This document shows positions 55,262-63,131 of a stretch of 64,000 bases of DNA, one piece after another. Position 1 is the first letter of the stretch. Each line of letters opens with the position of its first letter. A model generated the notes under the pieces. It saw only the letters and a program-made list of their open reading frames with translations, did not search any database and was not told the origin of the DNA. The position numbers and the translations under genes were made by a program. The stretch is taken from NCBI GenBank assembly GCA_963699525.1, contig CAVOUI010000007.1, positions 183,665 to 247,664 on the forward strand, read 5' to 3'. The DNA comes from an uncultured beta proteobacterium (GTDB lineage Bacteria; Pseudomonadota; Gammaproteobacteria; Burkholderiales; SG8-41).

Positions 55262-56044
55262 CTACTTCTTTCCCTTGAGCACGGTGTCGAAGAACCGCAG
55301 CGTCCGCTGCCAGCTGTCGGCCGCGGCCGCGGCGTCGAAATTGCCGCGCTCGTACGAATGACCGGCGGATTCGTACATTTGAAATTCGTAGGGGGCCTTG
55401 GCATCGGTCAAAATTGATCTCAAGTCATTGGCGTACCGGGGCAAGACGGTCGCGTCTTGAGCGCCGTGCAACACCAGCACAGGGGAACTCTTCGAGGTGA
55501 ACGCATTTCTCAATGCACTGAGCGTCTTGTCCGTGCCCGCGCCACTGACCGCACCGTAGTAGCTGACGCCGGCCCGGACATCCCCTCGCGCCGCAAGCAG
55601 CAGCGCCCAGTAGCCACCATTGGAAAATCCCACCGCGCCGATGCGGTCCGCCTGCACGCCCTCGGTCTTCTTCAGCGTCTCGATCGCGCTGACGAAATCC
55701 GCGTAGATGCTCTGCGCGTAGGTCGTAAAGGTCTGCTGGCGATTGCTCTCATTCAGGCCGTACGCCCGGAAGAAATCGGGCACCAGGCAGACGTAGCCTT
55801 CCGCGGCCAGCCGCTCCGCATAGGCGTGATCAGACGGCCGCAGACCGCCGCTCGTATGCAGAACGAGCACGCCGGGAGAAGGCCCGGTCCCGGCGGGCCG
55901 GTAGAGCGTTGCCTCCATCTTCTGTCCGACACCCACCTTGACCTGCACGGGGTCGACTGCCGCCGCAAGACCCGACGCGAACCAGAGCGCCACGCCGGCC
56001 TGGATTGCGAAAGACGGCGAGCGCAGTAACCTCACGGTGTTCAT
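55262..56044 (-). CDS. dienelactone hydrolase family protein (secreted)
   Basis: 260 aa. Signal-like N-terminus. GFSNGG nucleophile motif, LVLHGAQD and a C-terminal GHSY. Confidence 0.85.
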   Translation of the reverse strand: MNTVRLLRSPSFAIQAGVALWFASGLAAAVDPVQVKVGVGQKMEATLYRPAGTGPSPGVLVLHTSGGLRPSDHAYAERLAAEGYVCLVPDFFRAYGLNESNRQQTFTTYAQSIYADFVSAIETLKKTEGVQADRIGAVGFSNGGYWALLLAARGDVRAGVSYYGAVSGAGTDKTLSALRNAFTSKSSPVLVLHGAQDATVLPRYANDLRSILTDAKAPYEFQMYESAGHSYERGNFDAAAAADSWQRTLRFFDTVLKGKK

Positions 56045-56065
56045 GCCCCCTACTCCATCTTTCCG

Positions 56066-56629
56066 TCACCGTCGCCGCGTGGTGCTGACAAACTCGGCAA
56101 ATCCCGCGACGTAGCTTTGCACGCGCTTGCGCGACTCTTCATCGGTCAGGGTCCCGGATGCGTCGAACAGCTTGTGCGCGCCGCTGAGGTAAAGCGATTG
56201 TCCGAACCACGTCCGCGTTCCCAGCGTCTTCAGCACCGGAAGCCAGGCGTTCTGCGAGAGAAGCGTCCCGAACCTGCCTGGCGATGCCCCGATCATCCCG
56301 ACGGGCAGTCCTCCAAACACTCTCGGAATGTCGTCGGCCGGCCGAGACAGCCAGTCAATCGCATTCTTGAACACGCCCGGCAAGGAATTGTTGTATTCGG
56401 GAGTAACCAGCAGCAACCCGTCGGCCGACGCGATCTTGTCCTTCAGCGTGGCGACGATGGCTGGTATGCCGGCGGACGCCTCGAGATCTCCGTCATAAAG
56501 CGGGATCCCCTTGATCGTTTCGATTTCGATCGTTGTGCCTGCGGGCACAAGCCCCGCAGCAACGCGCAAGAGCGCCGCGTTGAGCGACCGGGTTCGGAGA
56601 CTGCCGGAGATGCCGATGATTTTGGCCAC
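56066..56629 (-). CDS. NADPH-dependent FMN reductase family protein
   Basis: 187 aa with a GTG start. ISGSLRTRSLN and TPEYNNSLPGVFKNAIDWLSR motifs. Confidence 0.88.
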   Translation of the reverse strand: MAKIIGISGSLRTRSLNAALLRVAAGLVPAGTTIEIETIKGIPLYDGDLEASAGIPAIVATLKDKIASADGLLLVTPEYNNSLPGVFKNAIDWLSRPADDIPRVFGGLPVGMIGASPGRFGTLLSQNAWLPVLKTLGTRTWFGQSLYLSGAHKLFDASGTLTDEESRKRVQSYVAGFAEFVSTTRRR

Positions 56630-56744
56630 GTTTTGCCAGCAACCTCAGGATCAAACGGAGTCAGAGTAACTTTTTTGGGATAAAGGGGACACAGACATTT
56701 ACTAAGAAAAGGTGTGCGTCCCGTTCTTTCCCGAACTTGCACCG

Positions 56745-56885
56745 TTACTTCTTGTTTTCGGGCTGCTGCTTCGGTTGCGTCTGCTCCGGCGCTTTGTAAT
56801 CGCCGATGACGCCTTTCAGAGGACACACTGAGAACGCCGGACACTTCATGCAGCCGACTGCCAGGGCGATGGGGCATAGGGTCAT
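56745..56885 (-). CDS. unannotated 46-aa four-cysteine small protein
   Basis: Below the ORF-track size cut-off. AAGGAGA Shine-Dalgarno 7 nt before ATG 56885. Hand translation: MTLCPIALAVGCMKCPAFSVCPLKGVIGDYKAPEQTQPKQQPENKK, then TAA. Confidence 0.5.
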   Translation of the reverse strand: MTLCPIALAVGCMKCPAFSVCPLKGVIGDYKAPEQTQPKQQPENKK

Positions 56886-57139
56886 TTCGGTTCTCCTTCG
56901 TGATTGTGACGAAAACGGCGTCAGACGTGGAGGCAGGTTGGAGGGGTAAATGGGTCTGCACCTATTTACGTTCTGACCGCTGCTCCATCCCTTCTCAAAC
57001 TATCCGGTCGTGTTTCTGTAGATTATGCCGCGCACAAAGAGAGTCCGTAGTTCATACCCGCCTGAAGGCTCGTGCCCTCCCTGCGGCACATTTCGATATA
57101 AGAAATGACGTTATCACTCAACGGCAACAGCCCCGGTTA

Positions 57140-58216
57140 TTAGTCATGTTGCGCCAGCGCCCAATCCACGTGCTCTCGTACAAGCGTCGATGGATGCTCT
57201 GCCCGCTTCTTGAGCGCTTCAGTAATCGGTACTGATCTCGGCGCATTTCCTAAGCCAACCGCGAGATTCCTCAACCACCGCTCATACCCAATCCGGTGTA
57301 TCGCGCTCCCCGCGAGGCGCTCGTGGAATTCCGCCTCGCTCCAGCCGAACAGTTCGACCAGCGTCGCGTCGTCGAGGCCGTTTCTCACGGCAAAGTCGGG
57401 CTCGCCGCTCGGTGAAGCAAACTTGTTCCAGGGACAGACGAGCTGGCAGTCGTCGCAGCCGTAAACCCGGTTGCCGATCAGCGGCCGGAGTTCTTCCGGA
57501 ATGCTGCCCTTGTGCTCGATGGTGAGGTAGGAAATGCAGCGCCGCGCGTCGAGCTGGTAGGGGCCAATGATTGCCTGCGTCGGGCAGACGTCGATGCACT
57601 TCTGGCAGGTGCCGCAGTGATCCTCCTGCGGCTTGTCCAGGGGTAGCGGCAGGTCGGTGTAGATCTCGCCGAGAAAAAAATAGGACCCCGCCTCGCGATT
57701 CAATAGCAGCGTGTGCTTGCCGCGCCAGCCGAGGCCGGCTTTCCCCGCCAGCTCGACTTCCATCACCGGCGCGCTGTCGGTGAAGACGCGGTAACGGAAT
57801 TCGCCCACTTCCTGCCCGATGCGATCGGCGAGCTTCTGCATGCGGGCGCGCATGAGCTTGTGGTAGTCGCGCCCCAGCGCGTAGCGCGAGATGAAGGCGC
57901 GGGTGCCGTCCTTCATCACGTCGTGGCTGTCGCGCGCGCCCGGCGGCGAGTAATTCATGCGCGCGGCGATGACGCGCAGCGTGCCCGGGACGAGGTCAAA
58001 GGGACGCGATCGCTTCGTGCCGTGGCGCTCCATGTAGTCCATCTCGCCATGGAATCCCTTGCCGAGCCAGTCGAGCAGCCGCGCTTCGGCTTTCCCGAGC
58101 TCGCTGTCCGCGATACCGACCTGTTGAAAGCCGAGGTCGGTGCCCCACTGCTTGATCTGGCGGGCTAACGCGGGGTAGTTGAACTCGGCCCTTTGCTTTT
58201 CAGCGATATTTGCCAT
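57140..58216 (-). CDS. queG: tRNA epoxyqueuosine(34) reductase QueG
   Basis: 358 aa. Two ferredoxin-type clusters (CGTCQKCIDVCP, CDDCQLVCPWN). The full-length pattern matches QueG. Confidence 0.92.
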   Translation of the reverse strand: MANIAEKQRAEFNYPALARQIKQWGTDLGFQQVGIADSELGKAEARLLDWLGKGFHGEMDYMERHGTKRSRPFDLVPGTLRVIAARMNYSPPGARDSHDVMKDGTRAFISRYALGRDYHKLMRARMQKLADRIGQEVGEFRYRVFTDSAPVMEVELAGKAGLGWRGKHTLLLNREAGSYFFLGEIYTDLPLPLDKPQEDHCGTCQKCIDVCPTQAIIGPYQLDARRCISYLTIEHKGSIPEELRPLIGNRVYGCDDCQLVCPWNKFASPSGEPDFAVRNGLDDATLVELFGWSEAEFHERLAGSAIHRIGYERWLRNLAVGLGNAPRSVPITEALKKRAEHPSTLVREHVDWALAQHD

Positions 58217-58244
58217 TGCCTGGATTCCCGCCTCCGCGGGAACG

Positions 58245-58291
58245 ACGCTTCCCCCTCACCCTACCCCTCTCCCGCCAGGGGAGAGGGAAAA
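58245..58291. repeat. GC-rich REP-like element
   Basis: CCCCCTCACCCTA followed by the hairpin CCCCTCTCCC-GCCA-GGGGAGAGGG. It contains the 21-mer CCCTCTCCCGCCAGGGGAGAG (58265-58285), which recurs exactly at 59215-59235. Confidence 0.65.
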
Positions 58292-58292
58292 A

Positions 58293-58697
58293 TTACTGCT
58301 TCTCTTCCTGTGACATTGAGCGCAGGTCCATCGCCCACGTGAGCGCGGACCGGCACCACTGCTGCTTCCTCGGACGCAACTGCGCCCGCTGGCGTATCGT
58401 CCCGATGCGCAGTCCGAACACTCGCCGCTCGTCCACCGATGTCGAATAGATGGGTGTGCCGCACTCCGGGCAGAACGCCTGGACCCGCGGGGTTCCGCTT
58501 TCAGCAGTAGTCTTGACGTACTCCTTCGGTTTGCCGCCGCGCAGCGTAAGCGCCTCCTTCGCCGCGGGGACGATCACGCGATAGGCCGTGCCCGTTATGT
58601 TCTGGCAATCCGTGCAGTGGCAAATCAGGACCTTCTCCGGATCGATGTCCGCGACGAAGGTGATGTTGCCGCAATGGCATCCGCCATCAATTTTCAT
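58293..58697 (-). CDS. GFA (glutathione-dependent formaldehyde-activating/CENP-V) family protein
   Basis: 134 aa. MKIDGGCHCGNITF...CHCTDCQ...FCPECGTP zinc-Cys pattern. Confidence 0.85.
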   Translation of the reverse strand: MKIDGGCHCGNITFVADIDPEKVLICHCTDCQNITGTAYRVIVPAAKEALTLRGGKPKEYVKTTAESGTPRVQAFCPECGTPIYSTSVDERRVFGLRIGTIRQRAQLRPRKQQWCRSALTWAMDLRSMSQEEKQ

Positions 58698-58744
58698 GAT
58701 GAGTTCCTCAGTGGGTCGTGCAGCGTTGCGCTCGTTGATTCTCC

Positions 58745-59196
58745 TCAGTCGCCAATCTCAGGCTGCGCCCTCGCCGATAGTCCGTGCAAGCCACCAGAAG
58801 AACATCCACAAGAGCGCGCACCGATGCCCAGGCATACCGCGAGGATCTGGATGACGTGTCCGCGGGTCGTCGCGCCGTGCCCTTCGACCACGGGCGTATC
58901 ACGAATGACGCGAAATCCAGGCGGGGGGAACTGCTGCGCCCGCAGGACTCTTGCGCCGAGCAACCAGAGATAGATCGCGAAGGCGACCAGCGGTACGCAA
59001 AGGATGAAAGCGGCCAGCGTAGAGCGCCAGCTTTGCGCGGCGCGCCGTTTCCGCGGGCTCCGATGCAAGCCACTCGCGGAACGGCTCGCGGATGTGCTCG
59101 AAACCCGCGATCAGCAGGCCGCCGACCGCCGCGACGAGCACGATCAGCAGTAGCGCCTGCCGCCGTGCTTCGGGGTCTGCCTTCTGTTTTCCCATC
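58745..59196 (-). pseudogene. hypothetical membrane protein, one or two frameshifts
   Basis: MGKQKADPEARRQALLLIVLVAAVGGLLIAGFEHIREPF... joins a second frame, STLAAFILCVPLVAFAIYLWLLGARVL...HVIQILAVCLGIGA. It possibly joins a third frame (LLWMFFWWLARTIGEGAA, stop at 58758). Junctions are at about 59010-59050 and about 58800. Confidence 0.45.
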
Positions 59197-59207
59197 GCCT
59201 CGGTTCC

Positions 59208-59275
59208 CGACCAACCCTCTCCCGCCAGGGGAGAGCGAATAGTGTCGCCACCCTCGCCACCTGGGAAAGGCGAAG
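59208..59275. repeat. GC-rich REP-like element
   Basis: ACCCTCTCCC-GCCA-GGGGAGAG hairpin (exact 21-mer at 59215-59235) followed by a second hairpin, TCGCC...GGCGA. It lies between the membrane-protein gene and tsaE. Confidence 0.6.
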
Positions 59276-59293
59276 TTAGATGATAATGCGCGG

Positions 59294-59755
59294 ATGCCCT
59301 TGATATCTCGATATCTTCCAGGGGAAGCGGACACCCTCGCGCTCGGCACCGAGCTGGCCCCACACCTTCAGCCGGGCCTGGTCGTCTACCTCTCCGGCGA
59401 GCTGGGGGCCGGCAAGACGACCCTCGCCCGGGGCATTCTCAGGGGGCTCGGATATGACGGGCGGGTAAAGAGTCCCTCGTTCGCCCTGGTTGAACCTTAT
59501 AAGTTTTCTAGGTTATACTTGTATCACTTTGATTTTTATCGGTTCACTGATCCACGGGAACTGGACGAGGCCGGCTTCAGGGAGCACTTCAATCCCGAAT
59601 CGGTTTGCCTCGTGGAGTGGCCCGAAAACGCCGCGGGTGCGGTGCCCCCGGCCGACATACGAATCGAACTGAAGGTAGCGGGCGGCGGGAGGCAACTGGA
59701 GATCGACGCCAACACGGAGGCAGGCAGGCGTTGTTTGGAGCATCTGAAACACTAG
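59294..59755 (+). CDS. tsaE: tRNA threonylcarbamoyladenosine biosynthesis ATPase TsaE
   Basis: 153 aa. Walker A GELGAGKTTLARG, plus SPSFALVEPY and HFDFYRF motifs. Confidence 0.92.
   Translation: MPLISRYLPGEADTLALGTELAPHLQPGLVVYLSGELGAGKTTLARGILRGLGYDGRVKSPSFALVEPYKFSRLYLYHFDFYRFTDPRELDEAGFREHFNPESVCLVEWPENAAGAVPPADIRIELKVAGGGRQLEIDANTEAGRRCLEHLKH
59490..59519 (+). promoter_or_regulatory. sigma70-like promoter candidate inside tsaE, reading toward amiC
   Basis: TTGAAC (59490-59495), an 18-nt spacer, then TATACT (59514-59519). It sits in a strikingly AT-rich stretch of about 60 nt within an otherwise GC-rich coding region. Confidence 0.3.
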
Positions 59756-61038
59756 GTTTTCCACGCGGCCGCGCGCTGGCACGGCCGTCTTACCTCGTCA
59801 CACTCTTTTCCCTCGCCGTTGCTCTCCTTCCCGCCCCTGCGGCGGCGCAATCCGGCACCCAGATCGTCGCCGCGCGCGCGTGGCCGGCTCCGGACTACAC
59901 GCGGATTACGCTGGAGAGCCAGGAAGCGCTCAAGTACTCGGTCCTCACCCTGAAGGACCCCGAGCGGCTGGCGGTGGATCTCGAGGACATCGAAGTGACC
60001 GCCGCCCTGACCGGCCTCGTGGAAAAAATCGGCGCGAACGACCCTTACATCAAGGGCATGCGCATCGGGCGCCCCAAGCCCGGGATCGTCAGGCTGGTAT
60101 TTGACCTCAAGAGCGAGATCAAGCCGCAGGTGTTCACGCTTGCGCCCGTTGGCGATTACGGCCACCGCCTCGTGATCGACGTCTACCCCCTCGAGCCGCC
60201 CGACCCCCTGCTCGCGTTCCTCGACAAGCTGCAGCTACCGCGCGAGGACGGGGCGGTGGCTGCCGAGCCCAAGGGCCGGGCATCCGCCGGGAAGCCGGCA
60301 CCCGCGCGCCCCGACGCCGCACGCCTCATCATCGTCGTGCTGGATGCCGGCCACGGTGGCGAGGATCCGGGCGCCCTGGGCCGCCGCGGCACCCACGAGA
60401 AGAACGTGACGCTCGACATCGCGCAGAAGGTCAAGGCGCGCATCGACCAGGAACCCAACATGCGCGCGGTGCTGACCCGCGACGGTGACTATTACCTGCC
60501 GCTCCAGATGCGGGTGGAGAAGGCGCAGCGGGTGCGCGCCGATCTCTTCGTCTCGATCCACGCCGACGCCTTCGTCCGCCCCCACGCGCGCGGCGCTTCG
60601 GTATTCGCGCTTTCCGAGAAAGGCGCCACTTCGGCCGCTGCGAGCTGGCTCGCCAACCGCGAGAACGCCGCCGACCTGATCGGAGGCGTGAACCTCCAGG
60701 GCAAGGACCGCTATCTCAAGATGACGCTCGCCGATCTCTCGCTCACGGCTCAGATCAACGACAGCCTGAAGGCCGGGCGGGCGGTGCTGGCCGAGCTGGG
60801 CGGCGTCAACGATCTGCACAAGTCCGATGTCGAGCAGGCGGGCTTCGCGGTGCTGAAGGCGCCCGACATTCCCTCGATTCTCGTGGAGACCGCCTTCATC
60901 AGCAACCCGGAGGAGGAATTGCGGCTCCGGAGCACCGCCTACCAGAACAAGGTGGCAGAGGCGATCTTCGTCGGCATCAAGCGCTACTTCGCCAAGAATC
61001 CGCCGCTCGCGCGGGATCGCGTTGCCCTGAACAACTGA
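59731..61038 (+). CDS. N-acetylmuramoyl-L-alanine amidase (AMIN domain plus Amidase_3), AmiC/AmiB-like
   Basis: The reading frame is open from 59605. The likely start is TTG 59731 (GGAGG 10 nt upstream), which overlaps the tsaE end. It has a signal peptide (...LAVALLPAPAAAQS), an AMIN region (ARAWPAPDYTRITLES...VRLVFDL) and a catalytic region (VLDAGHGGEDPGA...SIHADA...ETAFISN). Confidence 0.85.
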   Translation: MFGASETLGFPRGRALARPSYLVTLFSLAVALLPAPAAAQSGTQIVAARAWPAPDYTRITLESQEALKYSVLTLKDPERLAVDLEDIEVTAALTGLVEKIGANDPYIKGMRIGRPKPGIVRLVFDLKSEIKPQVFTLAPVGDYGHRLVIDVYPLEPPDPLLAFLDKLQLPREDGAVAAEPKGRASAGKPAPARPDAARLIIVVLDAGHGGEDPGALGRRGTHEKNVTLDIAQKVKARIDQEPNMRAVLTRDGDYYLPLQMRVEKAQRVRADLFVSIHADAFVRPHARGASVFALSEKGATSAAASWLANRENAADLIGGVNLQGKDRYLKMTLADLSLTAQINDSLKAGRAVLAELGGVNDLHKSDVEQAGFAVLKAPDIPSILVETAFISNPEEELRLRSTAYQNKVAEAIFVGIKRYFAKNPPLARDRVALNN

Positions 61039-61120
61039 GCAGCGACGACGAGTGACGAAAAAGAAGCAGGCCAGAACCGAGCATTGCAGTGGGAGGGACC
61101 GCTTGAATAAGCCGGTCCCG

Positions 61121-61628
61121 ATGCTGAACCGAACCTTAGCGCTACTACTCCCCCTTCTTCTCGCAGCAACTCCCGCCCTCGCGGAGGTCCAGGGGCGCGT
61201 CGTATCCGTGCATGACGGCGATACCTTGACTGTCCTCATGGACCAACGCCAGGTGCGCGTGCGTTTGACCGACATCGACGCGCCCGAGCTGCGGCCAGCC
61301 GTACGGCACGCGGTCCCGCCAATCGCTGTCCAATCTCTGCTTTGGAAAGGTGGCCTCGCTCGACGTCCGCGGGCACGACCGCTACAAGCGGGTCCTGGCG
61401 CGCGTCAACTGCGCTGGAGCGGATGCGAATGCCGAACAGGTGCGCCGGGGCTACGCCTGGACCTTCGTCCGCTACGTGCGCCCGGACTCTCCGCTCTTCG
61501 CCATCGAGCGCGAGGCGCGCGCCGCCCACCGCGGCTTGTGGCAGGACCCTGAGCCGGTCGCGCCCTGGGACTGGCGGACCCGCATCCGGCAGTCCGCTCG
61601 ACCGACCAGCTCTCGCACGGGCTTCTGA
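61121..61628 (+). pseudogene. secreted thermonuclease (SNase-like) family protein, one frameshift
   Basis: MLNRTLALLLPLLLAATPALAEVQGRVVSVHDGDTLTVLMDQRQVRVRLTDIDAPE / GQPYGTRSRQSLSNLCFGKVASLDVRGHDRYKRVLARV...HRGLW. The junction is at about 61288-61295. Confidence 0.75.
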
Positions 61629-61706
61629 AGCTGCTCGAGTCCGGGGACCGGCGCTGGAAGGACGTGCAGAAGGTAGTAAAGATCCGGCTCGACGAGCGAT
61701 CGAGCT

Positions 61707-63119
61707 TCAAGTCTTGAGGGCGACCAGCACCTCGTCGAGCATCTTCTTCGCGTCGCCGAAGAGCATCCGGTTGTTTTCCTTGTAGAAGAGCGGGTTGTCC
61801 ACGCCCGCGTAGCCGGACGCCATGCTGCGCTTCATCACGACCGAGGTCTTGGCCTTCCAGACTTCCAGCACCGGCATGCCGGCAATCGGACTGGTCGGGT
61901 CCTCCTGGGCGGACGGGTTCACGATGTCGTTGGCGCCGATCACCATGGAGACATCGGTGTCCGGGAAGTCCGCGTTGAGTTCGTCCATCTCCAGCACGAT
62001 GTCGTAGGGCACCTTCGCTTCCGCCAGCAGCACGTTCATGTGGCCAGGCATCCGCCCGGCCACCGGGTGGATGCCGAAGCGCACGTTGACGCCCTTCTCG
62101 CGCAGAAGCTTGGTGATCTCGTACACCGCGTGCTGGGCCTGCGCCACCGCCATGCCGTAGCCCGGCACGATGATCACGTTTTTCGCGCCGCGCAAGAGCT
62201 CCGCGGTCTCGGCCGCAAGGATCGGGAATACTTCGCCCGCCGGCTGCGCGCCGGCTGCCGCCGGCGCCCCGCCTCCGGTGCCGAAGCCGCCCGCGATTAC
62301 GGCGAGGAAATGGCGGTTCATCGCCCGGCACATGATGTAGGAGAGGATCGCGCCGCTCGAGCCCACGAGGGCGCCGGTCACGATCAGCAGGTCGTTCGAG
62401 AGCATGAAGCCGGTCGCCGCCGCCGCCCAGCCGGAGTAGCTGTTCAGCATCGAAATCACCACCGGCATGTCTGCGCCGCCGATCGCCATCACCATGTGTA
62501 TGCCGAAAAGCAGCGCGATCACGGTCATCACGATGAGCGGCGTCATGCCGTCGGCCATCGAGTGCGAGTTGATGAAGCGCCAGCCGAACCAGAGCACCGC
62601 GATCAGGCCGGCCAGATTGATCCAGTGGCGCGCCGGCAGGAGCATCGGCTTGCCGCTGATCTTGGCCGAGAGCTTGCCGAACGCGATCACCGACCCGGAA
62701 AAGGTCACCGCGCCGATCAGCACGCCGATGTAGATCTCCAGCTCGTGGATAGTCTTCTCCGCGCCCTGGAACTGGGCGGAGGCCGCGGGATCGATGTAGT
62801 TGGCGAACCCGACCAGCACCGCGGCAAGGCCCACCAGGCTGTGCATCAGCGCGACCAGTTCGGGCATCTGCGTCATCCTGACGACGCGCGCGGCGTAGAG
62901 CCCGATCGTCGCGCCCACCACCATCGCGCCGACGATCCATGCGTAGCCGCCGGAGGTGACGTTCGGCCCGGACACGGTCGCGAGGACCGCGATCGTCATG
63001 CCGATCATGCCGTAGAGGTTCCCGCGCCGCGACGTCTCGGGGTTCGAGAGCCCCCCGAGGCTCAGAATGAAGAGGATCGTCGCGCCGATGTAGGAGACGG
63101 TGGCCAGGGTTGCGGACAT
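61707..63119 (-). CDS. pntB: NAD(P) transhydrogenase subunit beta
   Basis: 470 aa. Multi-TM N-terminal half and a conserved dIII NADP(H) domain (...[13 protein letters not shown]...[22 protein letters not shown]...). Confidence 0.93.
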   Translation of the reverse strand: MSATLATVSYIGATILFILSLGGLSNPETSRRGNLYGMIGMTIAVLATVSGPNVTSGGYAWIVGAMVVGATIGLYAARVVRMTQMPELVALMHSLVGLAAVLVGFANYIDPAASAQFQGAEKTIHELEIYIGVLIGAVTFSGSVIAFGKLSAKISGKPMLLPARHWINLAGLIAVLWFGWRFINSHSMADGMTPLIVMTVIALLFGIHMVMAIGGADMPVVISMLNSYSGWAAAATGFMLSNDLLIVTGALVGSSGAILSYIMCRAMNRHFLAVIAGGFGTGGGAPAAAGAQPAGEVFPILAAETAELLRGAKNVIIVPGYGMAVAQAQHAVYEITKLLREKGVNVRFGIHPVAGRMPGHMNVLLAEAKVPYDIVLEMDELNADFPDTDVSMVIGANDIVNPSAQEDPTSPIAGMPVLEVWKAKTSVVMKRSMASGYAGVDNPLFYKENNRMLFGDAKKMLDEVLVALKT

Positions 63120-63131
63120 GGATCGTCTCCC

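Noticed and set aside
56640-57140. The lower-GC segment as a horizontally inserted mobile element.
   Set aside because: It has no flanking direct or inverted repeats, no mobility gene, and is only about 0.5 kb long. It is better explained as a promoter/leader region plus a small gene.
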